Source: Candidatus Cryptobacteroides pullicola
GTDB taxonomy: Bacteria; Bacteroidota; Bacteroidia; Bacteroidales; UBA932
Reading direction: 5' to 3'
Length of the DNA stretch: 64,000 nucleotides
Assembly (NCBI GenBank): GCA_018711725.1
Contig: DVHX01000014.1
Location: 16,184 to 80,183 of the forward strand
The notes under the pieces were generated by a model. The model saw nothing but the letters and a program-made list of their open reading frames with translations, searched no databases and was not told the origin of the DNA. A program made the translations under genes and the position numbers. Within the stretch, counting starts at the first letter, position 1; the number at the start of each line of letters is the position of its first letter. Shown here in pieces: positions 57,902-64,000 of this stretch.

Positions 57902-58825
57902 CTACCTGTTCACCTGGAACCTGGTGCAGCCGTCCTTGAAGAACGATACTATCTGGCGTGCAGCTGCGAGTCCGGCGTTGAGGTTGGCTTCGGCGGTCTG
58001 CGCTCCCATTTTCTTGGGAGTGGCGAACACGCGCAGGCCGAACTTCTCCCTGAGGGCGTCGATGTTGCCGGGAGCCACATCGGTGGCATACTTCAGGTCG
58101 CCCCTCTCTTCCAGGGCCTTCATGAGTCCGTCTTCGTCGATAACCTCCTTCCTGGCCGTGTTGACAAGCGTGGCGCCCTTCGGCATGCTGCTGATGAGAT
58201 CGTAGCCTATCGACTTTACGGTCTGCGGCGTCGCGGGAATATGCACGCTGACGAAGTCGCATGACGAATACAGGTCTTCTGCCCTTTCGACGGGCTCCGC
58301 TCCGGCTTCCGCTATCTTTTCCGCCGGCAGGAAGGGATCCGTGGCCCAGACCTTCATCCCGAGGGCGGACGCCTTGGCCGCGACGAGCCTGCCCACGTTG
58401 CCGAAAGCCTGTATGCCCAGGGTCTTTCCCTGTATCTCGCTTCCGGTCGCAGGGGTGAACTGTCCCCTTGACATGTAGATCATCATCGCAATCGCAAGCT
58501 CGGCCACGGCGTTGGAGTTCTGCCCGGGAGTGTTCATCACGACTATGCCTCTCGCGCTGCAGGCTTCGAGGTCTACGTTGTCGTATCCGGCTCCGGCCCT
58601 GACCACGATTTTCAACTTCGGGGCGGCGGCCACGATTTCGGCCGTGACCTTGTCGGATCTTATTATCAGCGCGTCGGCGTCTCTGACGGCTTCGGCGAGT
58701 TCGTCCTGGGAGCCGTATTTCTCGAGGACTGCCGTCTCGAGCCCGCCTTCGCGGAGTATGTCTTCGATGCCCGCCACGGCTGCCGCGGCGAAGGGCTTCT
58801 GGGTTGCTATCAGTGCTTTCATCAC
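57902..58825 (-). CDS. serA: D-3-phosphoglycerate dehydrogenase (short type)
   Basis: [40 protein letters not shown]; adjacent to serC. Confidence 0.85.
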   Translation of the reverse strand: MMKALIATQKPFAAAAVAGIEDILREGGLETAVLEKYGSQDELAEAVRDADALIIRSDKVTAEIVAAAPKLKIVVRAGAGYDNVDLEACSARGIVVMNTPGQNSNAVAELAIAMMIYMSRGQFTPATGSEIQGKTLGIQAFGNVGRLVAAKASALGMKVWATDPFLPAEKIAEAGAEPVERAEDLYSSCDFVSVHIPATPQTVKSIGYDLISSMPKGATLVNTARKEVIDEDGLMKALEERGDLKYATDVAPGNIDALREKFGLRVFATPKKMGAQTAEANLNAGLAAARQIVSFFKDGCTRFQVNR

Positions 58826-59895
58826 TTGTGGAGCCTTTCGAATTCCTGCATTGCGGATGTGAGCGCCTCCACGTCTTCCAGCGTGCAGGCGTTATAGAGA
58901 GATGCCCTGAATCCGCCGACGGAGCGGTGTCCCTTGATGCCTACTATGCCCCTGTCCTTCGAGAATGACAGGAACTCGTCCTGCAGGCTTTCATAGCCCG
59001 GAGCCATTACGAAGCATACGTTCATTATCGAGCGGTCGCACTTCTCGGCCGTACCGGTGAACATGGCGTTGCGGTCTATCTCGGCGTAGAGGGCGGCGGC
59101 CTTCTTCTCGTCGAGCGCGTGCATGGCCTCGACTCCTCCCATTGACTTGAGCCACTTGAGGGTCTCGTTCATCACGAATATCGCGAATACGGGGGGAGTG
59201 TTGAACATCGAGCCCTTGTCGATGTGCACGCGGTAGTCGAGCATCGTGGGGATGCGGCGGCGGACCTTGCCGAGGGAATCCTTGCGCACTATGGCGAAGG
59301 CTACGCCGGCGGGACCCGCGTTCTTCTGCGCTCCGCCGTAGATCAGCGCGTACTTGCCGACATCGACCTTGCGCGAGAGTATGTCGGACGACATGTCGGC
59401 CACGAGGGGTACGGGGCTGTCGATATCCTCCTTGATTTCCGTGCCGTAGATAGTGTTGTTCGTGGTGATGTGGAAATAGTCCAGGTCGGAGGGAATCTCG
59501 TATCCCTTGGGAATGTAGGAGAAGTTCCTGTCGGCCGAGGAGGCTACCGCGACGGCGTCTCCCAGCCCCTGGGCTTCTTTCAGGGCCTTGCGGGCCCATA
59601 CACCGGTCTCGAGGTATCCGGCCCTGTGCTCGAGATAGTTCATTGCCACGCAGAGGAATTCCAGGCTTGCTCCGCCTCCGAGGAATATGACCTCGTGTGT
59701 GTCGGGAATGTCCAGGAGCTCTTTCCAGAGAGAACGGCACTCGTCCATGACCTCTCCCCATTCCTTGCTGCGGTGGGAGACGGAGAGCAGTGAGATACCG
59801 GTTCCGTTGAAGTCCTTCAGGGCTTCGGCCGTGCTGTCTATGGCCGCCTGCGGAAGCAGGCAGGGCCCTGCGTTGAATACGTGCAATTTACCCAT
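58822..59895 (-). CDS. serC: Phosphoserine aminotransferase
   Basis: [49 protein letters not shown]. Confidence 0.96.
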   Translation of the reverse strand: MGKLHVFNAGPCLLPQAAIDSTAEALKDFNGTGISLLSVSHRSKEWGEVMDECRSLWKELLDIPDTHEVIFLGGGASLEFLCVAMNYLEHRAGYLETGVWARKALKEAQGLGDAVAVASSADRNFSYIPKGYEIPSDLDYFHITTNNTIYGTEIKEDIDSPVPLVADMSSDILSRKVDVGKYALIYGGAQKNAGPAGVAFAIVRKDSLGKVRRRIPTMLDYRVHIDKGSMFNTPPVFAIFVMNETLKWLKSMGGVEAMHALDEKKAAALYAEIDRNAMFTGTAEKCDRSIMNVCFVMAPGYESLQDEFLSFSKDRGIVGIKGHRSVGGFRASLYNACTLEDVEALTSAMQEFERLHK

Positions 59896-59901
59896 AACTT
59901 T

Positions 59902-60507
59902 TTATTTTAAATGGTCGATAAAGGTATCAATTTTTCTCAATCTTTCCAACAGGGTGTCTTCGAGGGAGAGCCTGGCGAACGCCTCCAGCGAGCATTCTGT
60001 CGAGAACGACTGCCTTCGCTGAGGGATGTCCATGTCCTTGAGGACCTTCATTACGGCGGGAAGGCTGCCGTAGCCGAAAGACAGCCTCAGCCACTCTCCG
60101 GCGGTCTTCTCGCATTTCTGCGCGGACTGCAGCGCATCGGCCGTGGAGGTCTTGTAGGCCCGTATGAGCCCTGGTATGCCGAGCTTTATGCCTCCGAAAT
60201 ACCTGACTACCACGACGAGCACGTCGCTCAGGGACGCGGAGTCTATCTGCCCGAGTATGGGCCTGCCCGCCGAACCCGCCGGCTCGCCGTCGTCGCCGGC
60301 CTTCCATACGGTGCCGCCGAGTCCGATGCGGTATGCGTAGCAGTGGTGACGGGCGTCGTGGTATTCCTTGCGCACGCTGCAGAGTATCTCCCTGACCTCG
60401 CTCTCGTCCTCCACCGGGTAGGCAAGTGCTATGAAGCGGCTGCCGTTGTCCTTGTAGAGGCCTTCGGAAGGGCCGCTGATGCTGAGGTATGTATCTTTTG
60501 CGCCCAT
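59902..60507 (-). CDS. YigZ/IMPACT family protein
   Basis: SRFIA, DARHHCYAYR, DDGEPAGSAGRP, VVVRYFGGIKLG; TAATTTTG 8 nt upstream of ATG 60507. Confidence 0.92.
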   Translation of the reverse strand: MGAKDTYLSISGPSEGLYKDNGSRFIALAYPVEDESEVREILCSVRKEYHDARHHCYAYRIGLGGTVWKAGDDGEPAGSAGRPILGQIDSASLSDVLVVVVRYFGGIKLGIPGLIRAYKTSTADALQSAQKCEKTAGEWLRLSFGYGSLPAVMKVLKDMDIPQRRQSFSTECSLEAFARLSLEDTLLERLRKIDTFIDHLK

Positions 60508-60547
60508 GGCAGAGTCAAAATTAAGCATAATTTAGTATCTTCGCAAT

Positions 60548-61099
60548 ATGGTTTACAGATACAGGATAACTCTCGCAGACATCAAAGGCTTCTTCAGAGT
60601 ATATGCCGTGAATGCCAGGAATTCGCTATATACCTTTCATAAACAGTTGTGTTCGGACCTCGAGTTCCAGCTTGACCAGCCCGTGCTGTTCAAGGCCTTG
60701 GACGGGGACGGCACCGTGATTGCCAGGTATGCCCTTGTGGATATAGGCTACGGGACCATAGACGACATCACCTTTGCCGATGCCGTGAAGGCCGGTGCGG
60801 CGTGTTTCCAGTATTTCTATGACGTACGCTCCAGGAAGAGCGTGATTGTCACTCTCGAGGGACAGGATACGGGCGATGCCGTACAGCAGCCCGTGCTGCT
60901 CGAGTCGAAAGGCCCCGTGCCCGCCGAGTTCGACAACGGCTATGTGGCGTTCGAAGACCTTCCCGCCGAGAAACGCAGGCTGCCCGGGTCCGGCGGCGGT
61001 GATGAAGATGACGAAGACGGCCTGGACGACGACGGGCCGGACGAGGACGAGCGCGAAGAAGAGGAGCTCGTGTATGACGAAGATGAAGACCGCCCTTGA
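60548..61099 (+). CDS. Hypothetical protein with acidic tail (pRiA4b ORF-3 / TnpR-passenger-like, tentative)
   Basis: MVYRYRI start, host-like codon use, FQYFYD, ESKGPVP, D/E-rich C-terminus. Confidence 0.55.
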   Translation: MVYRYRITLADIKGFFRVYAVNARNSLYTFHKQLCSDLEFQLDQPVLFKALDGDGTVIARYALVDIGYGTIDDITFADAVKAGAACFQYFYDVRSRKSVIVTLEGQDTGDAVQQPVLLESKGPVPAEFDNGYVAFEDLPAEKRRLPGSGGGDEDDEDGLDDDGPDEDEREEEELVYDEDEDRP

Positions 61100-61118
61100 G
61101 CGGTCTTCTTGCTTTTTT
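61085..61118 (+). terminator. Intrinsic terminator overlapping the stop of the acidic-tail gene
   Basis: GAAGACCGC-CCTTGA-GCGGTCTTC followed by TTGCTTTTTT. Confidence 0.7.
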
Positions 61119-61172
61119 GATATTTAATGGCTATCTTGGGTAACATATTACTGATAACTGATGTCTTGAAGT

Positions 61173-62417
61173 ATGGTACGAGTCAAGCCTTTCGCGGCGT
61201 TACGCCCTCCAAGGAGCATGGTCACGCAGGTCGCGGCCCCTCCGTATGATGTGCTCAATTCGCAGGAAGCGAAGGATATGGCGTCGGAGAAGTCCCTTCT
61301 CCATATCACGAGGCCCGAAATAGATTTCGACCCCATGCCCGGCGAGCATGACGATGCCGTGTATGCCAGGGCGGTCGAGAATTTCCGCGCCTGGCAGGAG
61401 CGCGGCTGGCTCGTGCGCGATCCCAAGCCCTGCTACTATATCTACGCCCAGACCATGGACGGGCGGACGCAGTACGGCCTGGTGTTCTGCGCCCACATAG
61501 ACGACTATGCCTCCGGCGCTATCAGGAGGCACGAGCTCACGAGGCGCGACAAGGAGGACGACCGCATGAGGCACGTGCGCATCCAGAACGCCAACATCGA
61601 GCCGGTGTTCTTCTCCTACAAGGACGACGCCGGGCTCGCCTCCGTCGTTGAATCCTATGTGATGCGCGAACCCGAATACGACTTCACCGACGAGCACGGG
61701 TTCGGACACAGGTTCTGGGTGATAGACGATGATGACGACATAGCCCGTGTCACCTCCGCCTTCGAGACGCGTGTCGACGCCCTTTACATAGCCGACGGAC
61801 ATCACCGTACCGCCGCGGCGGCAAGGGTCGGGGAGGAGAAGAAGGCTGCCGATCCGGGCCATACCGGCGACGAGGAGTACAACTACTTCATGGCAGTCGG
61901 CTTCCCCGCGAGCCAGCTCAGGATCCTGGACTACAACAGGGTGGTCAGGGACCTTGCCGGAATGGACACGGAGACTTTCCTCTCCAGGCTTTCGGAGGAC
62001 TTCACGGTCGAGTCTAAGGGCAGCAGTTCCTACCGCCCCGCGGCCCTGCACAACTTCTCCATGTATCTCGACGGATGCTGGTATTCGCTTACGGCAAAGG
62101 ACGGCACCTACGACGACTCCGACCCTATCGGCGTGCTGGACGTCACGGTGCTCTCGACCCTTGTTCTCGACAAGCTCCTCGGAATCAAGGACCTCCGTAC
62201 CGACAGGCGCATAGACTTCGTCGGAGGGATCAGAGGCCTCGAAGCCCTGTCTTCGAGGGTCGACAGCGGCGAGATGAAGGTCGCCTTCGCGCTGTATCCC
62301 GTCTCCATGAAGCAGCTTACGGACATTGCGGACAACGGCATGATAATGCCGCCCAAGACCACGTGGTTCGAGCCGAAGCTGCGTTCGGGACTTGCCATAC
62401 ATACTTTGGACGACTGA
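61173..62417 (+). CDS. DUF1015 family protein
   Basis: VAAPPYDV, IRRHELTR, YIADGHHR, MPPKTTWFEPKLRSG. Confidence 0.92.
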   Translation: MVRVKPFAALRPPRSMVTQVAAPPYDVLNSQEAKDMASEKSLLHITRPEIDFDPMPGEHDDAVYARAVENFRAWQERGWLVRDPKPCYYIYAQTMDGRTQYGLVFCAHIDDYASGAIRRHELTRRDKEDDRMRHVRIQNANIEPVFFSYKDDAGLASVVESYVMREPEYDFTDEHGFGHRFWVIDDDDDIARVTSAFETRVDALYIADGHHRTAAAARVGEEKKAADPGHTGDEEYNYFMAVGFPASQLRILDYNRVVRDLAGMDTETFLSRLSEDFTVESKGSSSYRPAALHNFSMYLDGCWYSLTAKDGTYDDSDPIGVLDVTVLSTLVLDKLLGIKDLRTDRRIDFVGGIRGLEALSSRVDSGEMKVAFALYPVSMKQLTDIADNGMIMPPKTTWFEPKLRSGLAIHTLDD

Positions 62418-62429
62418 ATCGACGGCTTT

Positions 62430-64000
62430 ATGGATAGGGCGCTGGTACGCAGGAAACTCAAGGAATTCTTCGGTTACGACACCTTCAAGGGAGAGCAGGA
62501 AGAGATAATCAACCACCTGATAGGCGGGGGAGACTGCTTCGTGCTGATGCCGACCGGAGGAGGAAAGTCGTTGTGCTATCAGCTTCCGGCCCTTCTCATG
62601 GAGGGTACGGCGATAGTGATCTCGCCTCTCATCGCACTGATGAAGAACCAGGTCGACCTGCTCAGGGGTTTCGAGTGCGGTTCGGGCAGCATAGCCCATT
62701 TCCTGAACTCTTCGCTTTCCCGCCAGCAGGTGGAGGAGGTGCGCGAAGATCTCCTCGCCGGGAAGACCAGGCTCCTGTATGTGGCTCCGGAATCCCTGAC
62801 GAAGGAGGAGAACATCGCCCTGATGAAGGAGGTGAAGATCTCGTTCTATGCCGTGGACGAGGCGCATTGCATCTCGGAGTGGGGACATGACTTCCGGCCG
62901 GAGTACAGGCGCATACGCTCGTCGGTGGAGCAGATCGGAAGGGCGCCTATAATCGCCCTCACGGCCACTGCGACGCCGAAAGTGCAGAACGACATAATCA
63001 AGAACCTGGGCATACAGGATGCGAGGGTGTTCAAGTCCTCCTTCAACAGGCCCAACCTCTACTACGAGGTAAGGGACAAGGTCGACACGGAGAAGGACAT
63101 CATCAAGTTCATCCGCCAGAATCCCGGCAAGTCCGGCATAATATACTGCCTGAGCCGCAAGAAGGTGGAGGAGCTCGCGCAGCTGCTGTGCATCAACGGC
63201 ATCAAGGCCCTGCCGTACCATGCGGGACTGGACGCGAAGACCCGGGCCGAGAACCAGGACAGGTTCCTTTCCGAAGAAGTGGACGTGATCGTGGCCACGA
63301 TTGCCTTCGGTATGGGAATAGACAAGCCTGACGTGCGCTTCGTGATCCACTACGACATTCCCAAGAGCATAGAGAGCTACTACCAGGAGACCGGCCGTGC
63401 TGGACGCGACGGCATGGAGGGTGTGTGCATAGTCTACTACAGCTACAAGGACATACGGAAGCTCGAGAAGTTCATGCAGGGCAGGCCCGTCGCGGAGCAG
63501 GAGATAAACCGCCAGCTGCTTTCCGAAGTCATGGCCTACGCGGAGTCGAGCCAGTGCCGCAGGAAGCTCCTTCTCAACTATTTCGGAGAGGACTACGGCC
63601 AGGACAACTGCCACTGCTGCGACAACTGCCTGCACCCCAAGCCTACTTTCGACGGCAGGGAGGAGATGAGCCTGGTGATACGGCTCGTCGACTCGCTCCA
63701 CGAGCATTTCAAGATAGACCACCTCGCCAATATACTCGCCGGGACCGGCAACTCCATTATCAAGTCGTACAGGCACGACGAATTGGAATTCTTCGGCGCA
63801 GGAGCCTCCCGCTCCGAGAAGTTCTGGTGTACCGTGATACACCAGGGGCTCATCGCCAGGCTGCTCGGCAAGGAGATCGAGAGCTACGGGCTGATATATG
63901 TGACGGATCTCGGGCGAAAGTTCCTCGAGGATCCGTGGAAGCTCGACCTGGTGGAAGACAGGACATTCTCTACCGGCCAGGACGACGAGGACGACGAGGA
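62430..64000 (+). CDS. recQ: ATP-dependent DNA helicase RecQ, 3'-truncated (missing from the ORF track because no stop lies in the window)
   Basis: FGYDTFKGEQ, LMPTGGGKSLCYQLP, AVDEAHCISEWGHDFRP, ALTATA, VATIAFGMGIDK, YYQETGRAGRDG. Confidence 0.96.
   Translation, partial: MDRALVRRKLKEFFGYDTFKGEQEEIINHLIGGGDCFVLMPTGGGKSLCYQLPALLMEGTAIVISPLIALMKNQVDLLRGFECGSGSIAHFLNSSLSRQQVEEVREDLLAGKTRLLYVAPESLTKEENIALMKEVKISFYAVDEAHCISEWGHDFRPEYRRIRSSVEQIGRAPIIALTATATPKVQNDIIKNLGIQDARVFKSSFNRPNLYYEVRDKVDTEKDIIKFIRQNPGKSGIIYCLSRKKVEELAQLLCINGIKALPYHAGLDAKTRAENQDRFLSEEVDVIVATIAFGMGIDKPDVRFVIHYDIPKSIESYYQETGRAGRDGMEGVCIVYYSYKDIRKLEKFMQGRPVAEQEINRQLLSEVMAYAESSQCRRKLLLNYFGEDYGQDNCHCCDNCLHPKPTFDGREEMSLVIRLVDSLHEHFKIDHLANILAGTGNSIIKSYRHDELEFFGAGASRSEKFWCTVIHQGLIARLLGKEIESYGLIYVTDLGRKFLEDPWKLDLVEDRTFSTGQDDEDDE

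Noticed and set aside
1-64000. CRISPR arrays, recoded stop codons and programmed frameshifts in core genes
   Set aside because: No regularly spaced repeats were seen; all recognised core genes are intact under the standard code

Overview
GC-rich (about 60%) chromosomal window from a Bacteroidales bacterium, judged from TAnnTTTG promoters, absence of Shine-Dalgarno sequences, and BACON, NVEALA and GldH-type genes. It holds about 54 CDSs, mostly housekeeping (pgk, lgt, RND efflux operon, trxA, holB, trmB, metK, smpB, miaA, gpmI, rnr, rsgA, rdgB, recO, uvrA, serC/serA, recQ partial). No rRNA, tRNA, CRISPR array or transposase/integrase was found. Three regions stand out. (1) A low-GC mosaic island at about 5.3-10.1 kb encodes a membrane-spanning TPR/HTH regulator, a frameshifted and internally deleted outer-membrane beta-barrel gene, a beta-propeller lipoprotein and two tandem NVEALA peptides with identically spaced Cys pairs; it is a candidate peptide signalling or secreted-peptide system. 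(2) A SusD-less TonB-dependent receptor locus at 25.8-33.6 kb has a triple OB-fold lipoprotein and two surface nucleases; it is a candidate extracellular DNA utilization locus. (3) A SAM-II-like riboswitch abuts the metK start codon. There are also related palindromic multi-hairpin elements between convergent genes and several candidate leaderless promoters. All calls come from reading the sequence by eye; no searches were run.
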